Virus record (IMG/VR): IMGVR_UViG_3300020434_000055
DNA: 64,000 nucleotides
From: a virus
Taxonomy: Duplodnaviria; Caudoviricetes
Direction: 5' to 3' (one strand)
The notes beneath the pieces were generated by a model. The model was not told where the DNA came from, did not search any database, and saw nothing but the letters and a program-made list of their open reading frames with translations. How positions within the stretch are numbered: the first letter of the stretch is position 1; each line of letters begins with the position of its first letter. The position numbers and the translations under genes were made by a program. This document shows positions 1 to 10,263 of the stretch, piece by piece.

Positions 1-303
1 ATGATTTTACACTCTGACGAATGGAAATGTAATAATACACTTAATTTAGGTAATGGTTTTAGTTTAACTAGTGATGCTAATATGTTAAAAAAAATTCATG
101 AACAAGACAAACCAAAACAATGGAGAGTGTATAGTGGATTATCTTTATGGAATCCCGGCCAATTAGAGGGAGAAATAAATTCTAAATGCTGGTTAGTTAT
201 TCAAAAACCTACCCAAGACTTAATTTTAGAAACAAATCCTTTATTGCAATGGCAGAAAGCTATTGACCTTTGCAGTAAAGAAACAATGGATCAATATATC
301 TAG
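1..303 (+). CDS. YqgE/AlgH (DUF179)-like protein, C-terminal part (5' truncated by window)
   Basis: YSGLSLWNPGQLEGEI..W matches the family GYAGW.PGQLE.E...W motif. Confidence 0.65.
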   Translation: MILHSDEWKCNNTLNLGNGFSLTSDANMLKKIHEQDKPKQWRVYSGLSLWNPGQLEGEINSKCWLVIQKPTQDLILETNPLLQWQKAIDLCSKETMDQYI

Positions 304-329
304 TCTAATAACCAACCGTTAACATAGCA

Positions 330-337
330 TATAAATA
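330..337 (+). promoter_or_regulatory. T4-late-like promoter TATAAATA before hemA
   Basis: Exact TATAAATA ending 5 nt before the ATG at 343; the TAAATA core recurs before many genes. Confidence 0.6.
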
Positions 338-342
338 TCTTT

Positions 343-1545
343 ATGGTACCAATAGATCCCTTCAAAAAAGTTATCGACACATTAAAAGCGAACGGCAATT
401 ACAGAGTTTTTAACGATGTATTGCGAGAAGCCGGACATTTTCCTAATACAATTTGGTATGGAAAACATAATATTAAAAAAGTAATTAATTGGTGTTCTAA
501 TGATTATTTAGGCATGGGTCAGCATAAAGTTGTTATGGACGCAATGAGAACAGCATTAGAAACTACAGGTGCGGGTAGTGGTGGAACAAGAAACATATCA
601 GGGACATCACATTACCATGTAGCTTTAGAAATGGAGTTAGCAAAACTTCATAAAAAGCCAGCATCACTTTTATATACATCAGCCTTTGTTGCAAATGAAT
701 GGACATTAATTTCTCTTAAAAAAATTATTCCAGATATAGAATTTGTTAGTGATAGTGAAAACCATGCTTCTATAATAGTAGGTATTAAAAATAGTAGAGC
801 ACTTAAACATATATTTGAACATAATAATTTAGAAGACTTAGAAAAAAAATTAAAACAAGTAAAAGGTACACCTTGCGTAATATTTGAATCTGTATATAGT
901 ATGGACGGTGACATAGGACATATTAAAGAAATTTGTGATATTGCAGACAAATATAATGCAATAACATTTATTGATGAAGTTCATGCAGTTGGATTATACG
1001 GTCATGAAGGTGCAGGATTTTTAGAAAAATTAGGACTACAAGATAGAGTAGATATTGTTTCTGGTGGCTGTGGTAAAGCATTTGGAGTAGTAGGTGGTTA
1101 CGTTGCCGGAGATGCCACAGTAATAGATGCAATCAGATCTGTGTCTTCAGGATTTATTTTTACTACTAGTAATAGTCCAGTAATATGTGCAGGTGCATTA
1201 GCTTCTGTAAAATTTCTTAGAGATGACGGCGGAAGAGAATTAAGACAACAACACCAACAAGCGGCAAGTCAATTAAGAAAGTTATTATTAGATGCTAATA
1301 TTGATATGGGCACCTCTACATCACATTTAATTCCAGTAATGGTTAGAGATCCAATTAAATGTAAAAAAATGAGTGACGCTTTATTATTAGAACATGACAT
1401 TTATGTTCAGCCTATAAATTCTCCTACGGTTAAACCTGGGACAGAACGATTAAGATTTGCTCCAACACCTTTACATTCTGAATCTATAATACATGATTTA
1501 GTAGACAAACTAAAGAAAGTTATGTTACAATTAGAAAATGAATGA
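343..1545 (+). CDS. hemA: 5-aminolevulinate synthase (Shemin pathway, PLP-dependent)
   Basis: WCSNDYLGMGQH, GAGSGGTRNISGT, DEVHAVGLYG, GKAFG (PLP Lys), VQPINSPTV.PGTERLR. Confidence 0.95.
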   Translation: MVPIDPFKKVIDTLKANGNYRVFNDVLREAGHFPNTIWYGKHNIKKVINWCSNDYLGMGQHKVVMDAMRTALETTGAGSGGTRNISGTSHYHVALEMELAKLHKKPASLLYTSAFVANEWTLISLKKIIPDIEFVSDSENHASIIVGIKNSRALKHIFEHNNLEDLEKKLKQVKGTPCVIFESVYSMDGDIGHIKEICDIADKYNAITFIDEVHAVGLYGHEGAGFLEKLGLQDRVDIVSGGCGKAFGVVGGYVAGDATVIDAIRSVSSGFIFTTSNSPVICAGALASVKFLRDDGGRELRQQHQQAASQLRKLLLDANIDMGTSTSHLIPVMVRDPIKCKKMSDALLLEHDIYVQPINSPTVKPGTERLRFAPTPLHSESIIHDLVDKLKKVMLQLENE

Positions 1546-2197
1546 ATCCGATTATAAAATAACCCCATTATGGGCAACGCCTTTATTTCAATCGACTCTT
1601 AAAAATATACCACAAGAGTGTAAAGACTATATTATGAAAAACGTTGAGTATAAAAGATATCCTGCTAATAATGGATTTGGATCAAAAAGTAAATTCTTAT
1701 TAGATATTCAAGCTCTTGCTCCACTTAAAAAAGTATTAACAGATGTTACACATGAATACCTTTATAAAATATTAGACATAGACGAATCCGCAGATTTTCA
1801 AATGACTAACAGTTGGTCCGTAAAACATATAAAAGGAGATGAGGCTGGACAACATCATCATGCTAATTCTATGTTAAGTGGAATTTTATATCTTCAAACC
1901 GATGAAAAAACCGGTGATGTTTTATTTGTTAAAGAAAGAAATCATTTTCCGTTATTCAATGATACAATACAAATTCCTTTTAAAGGCAACAACTATAACT
2001 TATATAATGTAGAAGGATGGGCAATAAAACCCAGAAACAATCAATTATTGTTATTTCCTTCACAACTTAGACACGAAGTATATCCAAACGAAAGCGATAC
2101 TGAAAGATATTGTATTGCTTTTAACTTCTTTGCATTTGGCAAATTTGGCTATGACGACCAAGTTCAATTAGGTATTAAAGATGTCACCCGTGACTGA
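1538..2197 (+). CDS. 2OG-Fe(II) oxygenase, TIGR02466-like
   Basis: HHHANSMLSGILYL, LLLFPSQLRHEV, RYCIAFN. Confidence 0.85.
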   Translation: MNESDYKITPLWATPLFQSTLKNIPQECKDYIMKNVEYKRYPANNGFGSKSKFLLDIQALAPLKKVLTDVTHEYLYKILDIDESADFQMTNSWSVKHIKGDEAGQHHHANSMLSGILYLQTDEKTGDVLFVKERNHFPLFNDTIQIPFKGNNYNLYNVEGWAIKPRNNQLLLFPSQLRHEVYPNESDTERYCIAFNFFAFGKFGYDDQVQLGIKDVTRD

Positions 2198-3044
2198 TAA
2201 AATTATTATAGGAACCCGTGGCAGTAATTTAGCTTTATCCCAAGCTCGAAGTATTCAAAAATTATTAGAAATTGATTCCGAAATAAAAATTATAAAAACA
2301 TCTGGGGACATCCATGAAAATAAAGCTATTGCTGATATAGGAGGCAAAGGTGTATTTTCAACACAAATTGAACAAGAATTATTAGATTCAAAAATAGATT
2401 TAGCTGTTCACAGTTTAAAAGACCTACCAGGCATAATGACAAAAGGTTTATGTATTAAAGGTGTTGCAAAAAGAAATGATCCCAGAGATGCATTGTTAGG
2501 AAAAATTAAAAAAGGATCTAAAATTGGTACTAGTTCTCCTAGAAGAACTGCCCAATTAAATTATATAAAAAAAGATATAGAAATACTTCCTATTAGAGGT
2601 AATATAGATACTAGAATTAAAAAACTTAAAGATGGACAATATGACGCAATAATATTAGCAATGGCTGGTTTACAAATGCTTGGTTTAGAAAACGAAGTTG
2701 ATAAAATATATGATCTTGATGAAATAAAACCTTGTGCAGGACAAGGCATCATCGCAATACAAACTAGAGACAACAATGATCCTTTAAATGATTTAATTAC
2801 CAAAATAAATGACATACCAACATTTTATCAAGCCCAAGCAGAACGTTCCTTGCTAGAAGCAATTGGAGGGGATTGTCATACTGCATTAGGATGTTATACT
2901 ATGGTATCGGCCTACCATCTTTATCTAACAAGTGAACTATATGTAAATGATAAAAAATATACTGCATCTGGTTCTGGTAATGTTATTGATGCCAAAGACC
3001 TTGGAATCAGAGTTGGTAAAGAATTGTTAGCTCAAACAGACTAA
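2181..3044 (+). CDS. hemC: Porphobilinogen deaminase (hydroxymethylbilane synthase)
   Basis: IGTRGSNLAL, GKGVFS..IE, DLAVHSLKD, GTSSPRR, IRGNIDTR, GGDC (cofactor Cys). Confidence 0.95.
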   Translation: MSPVTDKIIIGTRGSNLALSQARSIQKLLEIDSEIKIIKTSGDIHENKAIADIGGKGVFSTQIEQELLDSKIDLAVHSLKDLPGIMTKGLCIKGVAKRNDPRDALLGKIKKGSKIGTSSPRRTAQLNYIKKDIEILPIRGNIDTRIKKLKDGQYDAIILAMAGLQMLGLENEVDKIYDLDEIKPCAGQGIIAIQTRDNNDPLNDLITKINDIPTFYQAQAERSLLEAIGGDCHTALGCYTMVSAYHLYLTSELYVNDKKYTASGSGNVIDAKDLGIRVGKELLAQTD

Positions 3045-3052
3045 ATATTTTT

Positions 3053-3280
3053 ATGCATCAGAAATACAAAGAAGAATTTATTTCAGTTACAGAATTATGG
3101 CAAGATGAAATCAATGAACTTGTAAATTCTATTTCAATATTAAAAACTTCAAACAATCCATTAGATCAAAGATTACGTTGGAAATACGAAATAGTAATTG
3201 ATTATTTAAAAGGAAGAATAGAAGAAGAAACTAGAGGCAACCATGAACATCGTTTGCCTGAGAAACGTACATTACACTAA
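3053..3280 (+). CDS. Hypothetical protein
   Basis: 75-aa ORF filling the gap, converging on the minus-strand gene. Confidence 0.55.
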   Translation: MHQKYKEEFISVTELWQDEINELVNSISILKTSNNPLDQRLRWKYEIVIDYLKGRIEEETRGNHEHRLPEKRTLH

Positions 3281-3687
3281 TACGGTCCACAAGTACTAAT
3301 TACCATATACCAAAGCTCATCATATTCCCAAATGTAATCAAGTTCTTCTTTTAGATACTTTTGTTGTAAAGGCCAAGCATCTTTCTCCATTTCTTGAACA
3401 CATTTAAACTTAACATTATTCATATCTTGAATATAGTGTATAAGTTCATGAAGTAATAACCCTTTAGCCCAAGGGTCAGACATATCGGTTTCGCCTCTCA
3501 TATAAATGATCTTTTTCTTTAAATCATAAAAGCCGTGAACATCAGTATTTTCAGGTACATCACCCTTGTAATAATGGTATTCTAATGGTGCTTTGTCCAT
3601 ACGAATAACCTGCGGTACGGGCCAGTCCACATTATAATTTGTATTTGCCCCTATCCAGAGCATTAAAGCTACAATAAGTTCTTTCAT
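3277..3687 (-). CDS. Secreted HExxH protein (DUF6647-like zincin)
   Basis: Hydrophobic N-terminus, LLLHELIHYIQ motif, Cys pair. Confidence 0.6.
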   Translation of the reverse strand: MKELIVALMLWIGANTNYNVDWPVPQVIRMDKAPLEYHYYKGDVPENTDVHGFYDLKKKIIYMRGETDMSDPWAKGLLLHELIHYIQDMNNVKFKCVQEMEKDAWPLQQKYLKEELDYIWEYDELWYMVISTCGPY

Positions 3688-3813
3688 AATTTCTAATATT
3701 TATTTTTTTATTTTTTAGACTATTAACGAATAACACATAACAGCATTGTTATATGCGTACATTATACTACAGTTATGATTTAAGTTAAATACACTTACAA
3801 GAGGGAAGGGAGT

Positions 3814-6800
3814 ATGTCAGACCATTCAATTGGAAAAATTACAATTGCTGATGGTATCGTTGTAATTCAGCGAGATAATCAGTCTATAGAACTACAAGAA
3901 GGTGATTCTATCTATCTTAATGATATTGTAGAAGCTAAAAGCGGATCTGTTGGTATTACATTTACAGATGAAACTACATTTTCTATAGATGCAGGTTCTC
4001 AAGTAGTTGTAGATGAATTTGTTTACGATCCTGGTAACACAGGATCAATGAATATAAATGTCTTGGCAGGAAACTTCTCTTACATATCTGGGGAAATTTC
4101 TAAAATGGATGGTGACGTAGAAATTGTAACCCCAACTGCTACACTTACAGTTCAAGGTACCAATGTAGCAGGTAAAGTATCATTAGAAGGTGGTGGAGAC
4201 CAAATCGTATTACTTCCTAACGCAGATGGAACAGTAGGACAAGTTTTAATTACCAACCAATCAGGTAGTATATTATTAACTGAAGCATTTCAATCTACAA
4301 CAATTGCATCTGCTTTTATGCCACCAACTGTTCCTGTAATAATTCCTGAAGAAATTGTATTAAAAGAATTTGGTACTACAATTAATACTATGCAAAAAAT
4401 AAAAAAATTAGCAAAACAAGAAGCAGAAGAGGAAGTTGAAGAGGAAGTTGAAGAAGAAATTGAAGAGGAAGTTGAAGAGGAAGTTGAAGATCCATTTGAG
4501 GAAGAAATTAACGAAGAAGAATTAGAAGAATTAGAAGAAGAATTAGAAGAAGAAACACAACCAGTTGTTGACGAAGAAGTGGTTATTGAAGATGATATAT
4601 TTGAAGAAGAGCCAATTGTTGAAGAACAAGAGGATCAACCTGTCGTAGAAGATACAGTTATAGAAGATGAAATTATAAACGATGAACCTGAAGAGGAAGA
4701 TACTACAACAGAAGAGGATACTACAACAGAAGAAGAGGATACTACAACAGAAGAAGAGGATACTTATATACCACCTGTTATTCCTGACCCTGATCCTCCT
4801 GTTATTGAAGAGGACGAAGAAGAAGACATTTATGTACCACCTGTTACTGAAGAGGAAGATAACGACACTTATGTACCACCTGTTACTGAAGAAGATGAGG
4901 AAGAACCGGAAGTTAATGAAGCACCAACATTTGAAACAACAAGTGCTGTATCAGTTGCAGAAAGTCTTTCTAATGGATCAACTCTTGTTACTATGTCAGC
5001 AACAGATCCTAATACAGATACATCATTAAACACATTAACATATTCAATTACAGCAGGAAATGATGAAGGTAAATTTGCAATTAATTCATCAACTGGTGTA
5101 ATAACATATGCGACACAGGCGTCTACATTAACAACTCAAACATTTGAAAGTTTTTCTAATGGAGCAACAGCAACAGGATGGTCTGGTGATAATGCAGTTT
5201 TAGATACTAATAAATGGACAACTGTACTAGGAAAAATTAATGGTAGCATAAGTTCAACTCAAGACGTTTATAAAACATTTGACTATTCATCTGATTACGC
5301 AGGAAAAAGAGTTGCAATAGACTTTTTGTTTTGGGAGTGGGGTACTTGGGACGCACACAATTACAATCCAGATGGTGGAACAGAACAATTCCGTGTATAT
5401 GTTAATGATACAAATGTTGTTGCTGATGACAGACGTAAAGATGGATTTGGTGCAGGTGATAAAAAATATGGAGTAGAAACACAAAGCACTGGTTGGGATC
5501 CAGTACAAGATTCAAGCTTCTACGGTGACCAAGAAGGAGAACTTTATACAGTATATGGCACACTGGACGCAAGTGGAGATTTAAAATTAGGGTTTGGTAT
5601 GCGAGTTGGTGAAAGTGAATCCAATGAATCAGGAGCAATAGATAATTTAAAAATTTACTTAACAGATTTAAACTACGAAGATAATCAACAATATGTATTA
5701 ACCGTTCAAGCAAGTGATGGCAGTTTATCTGCAACCACAACACAAACAATTAATATAACAGATGTAAATGAAGCACCAAGAATGGAAGAAGCCAGAGATC
5801 CTGTATCAGTTGCTGAAGATACTGCTGACAATACAAACATAGCATCAATTTTTGCAGAAGATCCAGACGGTGACGATATTACATATTCAATTACAGCAGG
5901 TAATACAAATAGCAAATTTTCTATTACGTATTACAATTCTACAAATTCAGGTTTAATTGAAACAAACGGATCAATAGATTATGAAACAACACCACAATAT
6001 ACTTTAACTATAACAGCAACTGATGAAGGCGGTTTAACTACAACTACAACACAGGTTATTAATGTAACCAATGTTAACGAAGCACCAACTCTTGCTAGTA
6101 TGAATAATGTATCATTAGCGGAGAGTGTAAGCTCAGGTACATCAGTTGCAACTGCTTCGGGTTCTGATGTTGATGCAAGTACAACTTTAACATATTCAAT
6201 TTCATCTGGAAATAGTGCAGGCAAATTTGCAATTAATTCCAGCACAGGTGCTATTACTACTGCGGCATCACTAGATTATGAAACTACAACATCTTATACG
6301 TTAGTGGTTCAAGTAAGTGATGGATCTTTAACAGCAACTACAAATCAAGTTGTTAATATAACCAATGTTACAGAGCAATTCCAAGGAACAGCTAATTCTG
6401 GTACAGCGGCTACCTGGGGAGCAAATTTTAGTAATGATATGGTATTTGACAACGCATGGGCCAATGCCAAAATAGGATTTTTTGGTGACTTCCATAACTT
6501 TTCTACTTCTGAAAAAAATGTCATAACAAATATAGCAGAGGACTCTGCTGTAGGATTTGATGATGCCTTACACTTCGCTGACGGCTCAATAGACAATTAC
6601 ACATTTAAAGAGTTGTCAAACTATTCTATGGTTGTTGACTCTACGATAAGTGCATCAAATACATTTGACGATGAAGCATTAGTTCTAAACTTGTTAAGAG
6701 CAGGAACCACAGTAATGGTTGTAGGAGAGAACGCATATTGGGACATCGGCAATCACGCCAGTAATATGAAAATAGAATACATGGCAGATTTAATTGACAG

Positions 6801-7794
6801 TGACATAGATACTAACAATCGTCTTAGCATATTGAGTGGTTCAGATTCTGGAGGTTCTCCTACAGAGGGTCAAGAAATACAATCGGCCTACAACGTATCC
6901 TCTTATGGTGCAGATGATTCTGGCAGTTACGATACATCAAGAGGAGATGGACACGCCTTACCAGGTCGATTCCACGAAGAACATTTAGGATCAGGAGATC
7001 TTATAGCAATTGAAGACGATGGAGCATCCGTCGGAGAAAGACACGGTCACATCGCAGAATGGGACAAAGATGATTCAGACGCAGAATTCTTTGGTGCATA
7101 TATTGGACACGCAGACGGAAACGCATTTGAAAACTCTTGGGACGGCGACGGTAGAGTACAAGCAGACATATTTAAATGGGGATTAGAACAAAATCAAAAT
7201 GTAGATATTATAACAACCGACACAGAATATCTACCAATTGGTGGTTTAAAAACAACATATGGTTGGACCAATACTGCCAATAATACTAAAAGTTCTGTTG
7301 AAGCATTTCATATGGGTAACAATGTTTATATTGGAGGAGGTTTTGATCACTTAGATTGGGTGTGGGATGATTCAGCAAATGCGGCATTCATTGCTGTAAA
7401 CACGGACATGGATGGTGCAGATGAAAACGACGCTCCAACAAGACAAGATGACCATTACCTTGTTATTGGTGCTGATATAGATGGTGATGCAAATCTTTGG
7501 GAAACTACTGACGTATTTGATTTAGATAAAATCGGACTTTGGTCTGATTCGGACGACTTTTTAACACAAGACTCTGATGCTTCAGGCGATTACTACTTTA
7601 AAATTACACCGGTTACTTACGCAAACAGTTCATGGACAGTAGAAACTGATAATACAGTCACAATAGCTGATACATCAAATTATTACAATACAGGATACAT
7701 AGATTTAATGTCTAACTCAGATTTCCAAGACATTAACTACGCAATAATTGAAACGGAATCTGCTTTGATTTCAGATGTACTCGTAACTTATTAA
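3814..7794 (+). CDS. Large FecR-domain / acidic linker / cadherin-repeat protein (candidate T1SS substrate or adhesin)
   Basis: N-terminal FecR-like domain (GITFTDETTFSID..VVDEFVYDP..TPTATLTVQGT), Glu-rich linker, cadherin repeats (VNEAPTF, DVNEAP, NVNEAP; LDYETT..YTL.V..SDG), no signal peptide; TAAATA at 3786-3791. Confidence 0.8.
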   Translation: MSDHSIGKITIADGIVVIQRDNQSIELQEGDSIYLNDIVEAKSGSVGITFTDETTFSIDAGSQVVVDEFVYDPGNTGSMNINVLAGNFSYISGEISKMDGDVEIVTPTATLTVQGTNVAGKVSLEGGGDQIVLLPNADGTVGQVLITNQSGSILLTEAFQSTTIASAFMPPTVPVIIPEEIVLKEFGTTINTMQKIKKLAKQEAEEEVEEEVEEEIEEEVEEEVEDPFEEEINEEELEELEEELEEETQPVVDEEVVIEDDIFEEEPIVEEQEDQPVVEDTVIEDEIINDEPEEEDTTTEEDTTTEEEDTTTEEEDTYIPPVIPDPDPPVIEEDEEEDIYVPPVTEEEDNDTYVPPVTEEDEEEPEVNEAPTFETTSAVSVAESLSNGSTLVTMSATDPNTDTSLNTLTYSITAGNDEGKFAINSSTGVITYATQASTLTTQTFESFSNGATATGWSGDNAVLDTNKWTTVLGKINGSISSTQDVYKTFDYSSDYAGKRVAIDFLFWEWGTWDAHNYNPDGGTEQFRVYVNDTNVVADDRRKDGFGAGDKKYGVETQSTGWDPVQDSSFYGDQEGELYTVYGTLDASGDLKLGFGMRVGESESNESGAIDNLKIYLTDLNYEDNQQYVLTVQASDGSLSATTTQTINITDVNEAPRMEEARDPVSVAEDTADNTNIASIFAEDPDGDDITYSITAGNTNSKFSITYYNSTNSGLIETNGSIDYETTPQYTLTITATDEGGLTTTTTQVINVTNVNEAPTLASMNNVSLAESVSSGTSVATASGSDVDASTTLTYSISSGNSAGKFAINSSTGAITTAASLDYETTTSYTLVVQVSDGSLTATTNQVVNITNVTEQFQGTANSGTAATWGANFSNDMVFDNAWANAKIGFFGDFHNFSTSEKNVITNIAEDSAVGFDDALHFADGSIDNYTFKELSNYSMVVDSTISASNTFDDEALVLNLLRAGTTVMVVGENAYWDIGNHASNMKIEYMADLIDSDIDTNNRLSILSGSDSGGSPTEGQEIQSAYNVSSYGADDSGSYDTSRGDGHALPGRFHEEHLGSGDLIAIEDDGASVGERHGHIAEWDKDDSDAEFFGAYIGHADGNAFENSWDGDGRVQADIFKWGLEQNQNVDIITTDTEYLPIGGLKTTYGWTNTANNTKSSVEAFHMGNNVYIGGGFDHLDWVWDDSANAAFIAVNTDMDGADENDAPTRQDDHYLVIGADIDGDANLWETTDVFDLDKIGLWSDSDDFLTQDSDASGDYYFKITPVTYANSSWTVETDNTVTIADTSNYYNTGYIDLMSNSDFQDINYAIIETESALISDVLVTY
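4426..4915 (+). repeat. Low-complexity acidic tandem repeats (EEEVEEEV, EEDTTT x3, YVPPVTEE x2) in the linker
   Basis: gaagaggaagtt units near 4426-4490; gaagaggatactacaaca units near 4696-4760. Confidence 0.8.
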
Positions 7795-7798
7795 AATT

Positions 7799-9487
7799 AT
7801 GAACAAACTTATTATAACATTATTATTTTTCCTTTTATCCTTTAGCTGGAGTCATGCAGAAATTGAAGGCTCAGATGGATGTACATGGAAAGTAACTGAA
7901 GAAACAGATGAATATATAATGGAGAGCTGTGGTACTAATAATGCTAGGATCAGGCAAAAACATTCTATTGAAATGACTTATGTACCAAGCAAAGAAAAAC
8001 TAGTAAATCCTATAGACAAATTTAAAAAAATTGTTATAACACCAGAGGGAAAAGAAACTGAAAAAGAAATTAAAAAAATAGAAGAGGATATTACAATTAC
8101 AGAAAAAAAAGTTAAAGAGATAATTACAGATAAAGCATTAGAAGAAAAACAAATTATAGAAAGTGGAAAAAATGAAAAGATTATCAACGAAACAAAAGAT
8201 TCGTCAACTACGGATATTAAAGAAGAGATTAAAAAGAAAGAAACATTAACTTGGCAACGTCTCTATCAACTACTTCCAAGTCTTATTGTAAAAAACGAAA
8301 AAGTAAAAGCCGCAGAATTAGATTACGAAGCGGCGGTAGAAACATTAAAGAAAACGTATTCAGCATACTATCCACAAGTAACAATTACATATGGACATAA
8401 TTGGGAAGACGATAGAACACCATCAAAAAGTTCTACGGCTGGAGTTGATTCAATAAAAAATGATGGAAAACATGGCTACCAATCATCTATAACAATCACA
8501 CAAATGATTTGGGACTTTGGACGAACTAATTCTTTAATTGATATGGAACGAACAAAGGCTCAACAAACTTACTTTCATTTAGAACTTGCAAAAGAAGATC
8601 TTGTAATGGAGGCTATTAGTGCTTGGTTAAATTTAATGAAAACCTATAATGTACATGAAGCAAATAAAAAAATAGAAGCCAATGCATTGAAAACACTATC
8701 CATGACGATAGAAAAAGTTAAAAAAGGTGAAGCATCTAAATTAGAACAACTACAAATTGAACAGCAATATAGAACTTTCCAAACATTAACAATGACAAGC
8801 CAGTTAGCAGTTGATTCAGCAAAACAACGATTCCAAAATGTTTGGAGATTTAAACCTCTTGATGTTGCTAATATGCCTATGCCAATTACAGACTTGTTAG
8901 GATTAATACCTGATTCAGGAGCATCTGTAAGAAGTAACACTACATTAAAAATTGCAGATGCAGATATTGAAATTGCACTAGGGCAACTTAGATATGATAA
9001 CGCAGAGTTTAAACCAAGAATAGATGGTAAATTATCTTACACAGAAAAAGAAGGTGAACTAGGCGGAGCATACAATGAACAAAAAGAAGAGTGGAGAGCA
9101 GATATTACATTAAGTTGGAAAATATTTGGTGGATTTTCTAACGTACATCAAAAAAGAAGTGATATGGCAAAACTAGGTTCTGCAGAACTTAGATATGAAG
9201 ACGTTGTAAGAATTGTAAATGAACAATTTAACAATGCTTGGAACAATTACGTATTAGTTGAAAAGAACTTAGAAACACTAAAAAGAACTGTTGAAATTAA
9301 CAAAGAAATGTATGCCTTAACACTTGAAGATTTTAAAGCAGGTAACTCTCCTATCATAGCTGTATTTGGAATGAAGACAGCATATATCATGAGCGAAGTT
9401 GCTTACCAAAATGCACAAATTGACCTTTTAATAGCAAGATATCAATTACATAAAGTTCTTGGACTCGTAGATCCCATCTTCAACTAA
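7799..9487 (+). CDS. TolC-family outer-membrane channel with charged N-terminal extension
   Basis: Signal peptide; two-repeat OEP pattern (YYPQVTIT, QMIWDFGRT, FKPRIDG, LSWKIFGGF, ARYQLHKVLG). Confidence 0.85.
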   Translation: MNKLIITLLFFLLSFSWSHAEIEGSDGCTWKVTEETDEYIMESCGTNNARIRQKHSIEMTYVPSKEKLVNPIDKFKKIVITPEGKETEKEIKKIEEDITITEKKVKEIITDKALEEKQIIESGKNEKIINETKDSSTTDIKEEIKKKETLTWQRLYQLLPSLIVKNEKVKAAELDYEAAVETLKKTYSAYYPQVTITYGHNWEDDRTPSKSSTAGVDSIKNDGKHGYQSSITITQMIWDFGRTNSLIDMERTKAQQTYFHLELAKEDLVMEAISAWLNLMKTYNVHEANKKIEANALKTLSMTIEKVKKGEASKLEQLQIEQQYRTFQTLTMTSQLAVDSAKQRFQNVWRFKPLDVANMPMPITDLLGLIPDSGASVRSNTTLKIADADIEIALGQLRYDNAEFKPRIDGKLSYTEKEGELGGAYNEQKEEWRADITLSWKIFGGFSNVHQKRSDMAKLGSAELRYEDVVRIVNEQFNNAWNNYVLVEKNLETLKRTVEINKEMYALTLEDFKAGNSPIIAVFGMKTAYIMSEVAYQNAQIDLLIARYQLHKVLGLVDPIFN

Positions 9488-9510
9488 TAAAATCATTAAA
9501 TACAACTATA

Positions 9511-10263
9511 ATGAAAAGTCTAATTCAACATCTATCCCGCGATAAAAAAACTGCTTTGATGTTATTAATCAGTAGTTTAATTATTGGTATATGTGCATTG
9601 ACTCCTGCCTTATTTGTAATCATTGTATTAAACAAGTATCTTGCATCAGGGATTACAGCAACTTTAATATCGTTAACAGCAGGGGCCGTATTAGCTTTAG
9701 GTTTTGAATTCACATTTAGACAAAATAGATCAATAATGATGCAGGAATTTAATCGAAAAATTTATGATCCATTACTAAAAGCATTTGTAGAAAAATTAAA
9801 AACAGTTCAAAATTTACCTACTAACGAATTTAAAAAATTAGATGGTGCTGGTACTATGATTAAAAATATGCGTACCTCATCAGTTACTAGTTGGATATTG
9901 GATTGGCCATTTGTATTATCATTTTTAATAGTTTTAGTTTTTATAAACTGGACCGCGGCTGTTATAACTGCAATTTTTATGATTATATTAAACAGAGTTA
10001 TTACATGGAGAACAAATTTAAATCTTACACAAGATTCTATGTCTAGTGTTGAAATCCTTATAACTGGATTATTAACATTGTCAATTATTGCCATTGGAGC
10101 ATTAATGATTATGCAAGGACGTTTAGATGTTGGAACTTTAATTGGATCTAACATATTAGCCGCGAGAGCATTACAAGGAACAAACAAATATACAAAAGCA
10201 AAGGAGTTTATACAACAACGTGATAGAGCAGTCTCAGAAATCGTCAGTTTCGTCAAGCAGTAA
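9511..10263 (+). CDS. T1SS ABC-transporter transmembrane domain only (no NBD)
   Basis: ALTPALFVIIVLNKYL..TLISLT, LDWPF, G.LDVGTLIGSNILAARAL resemble PrtD/HlyB TMD; no Walker A/B. Confidence 0.75.
   Translation: MKSLIQHLSRDKKTALMLLISSLIIGICALTPALFVIIVLNKYLASGITATLISLTAGAVLALGFEFTFRQNRSIMMQEFNRKIYDPLLKAFVEKLKTVQNLPTNEFKKLDGAGTMIKNMRTSSVTSWILDWPFVLSFLIVLVFINWTAAVITAIFMIILNRVITWRTNLNLTQDSMSSVEILITGLLTLSIIAIGALMIMQGRLDVGTLIGSNILAARALQGTNKYTKAKEFIQQRDRAVSEIVSFVKQ

Noticed and set aside
4426-4915. Short tandem repeats as possible CRISPR array
   Set aside because: Repeats are in-frame, codon-multiple and lack unique spacers; they encode an acidic linker.
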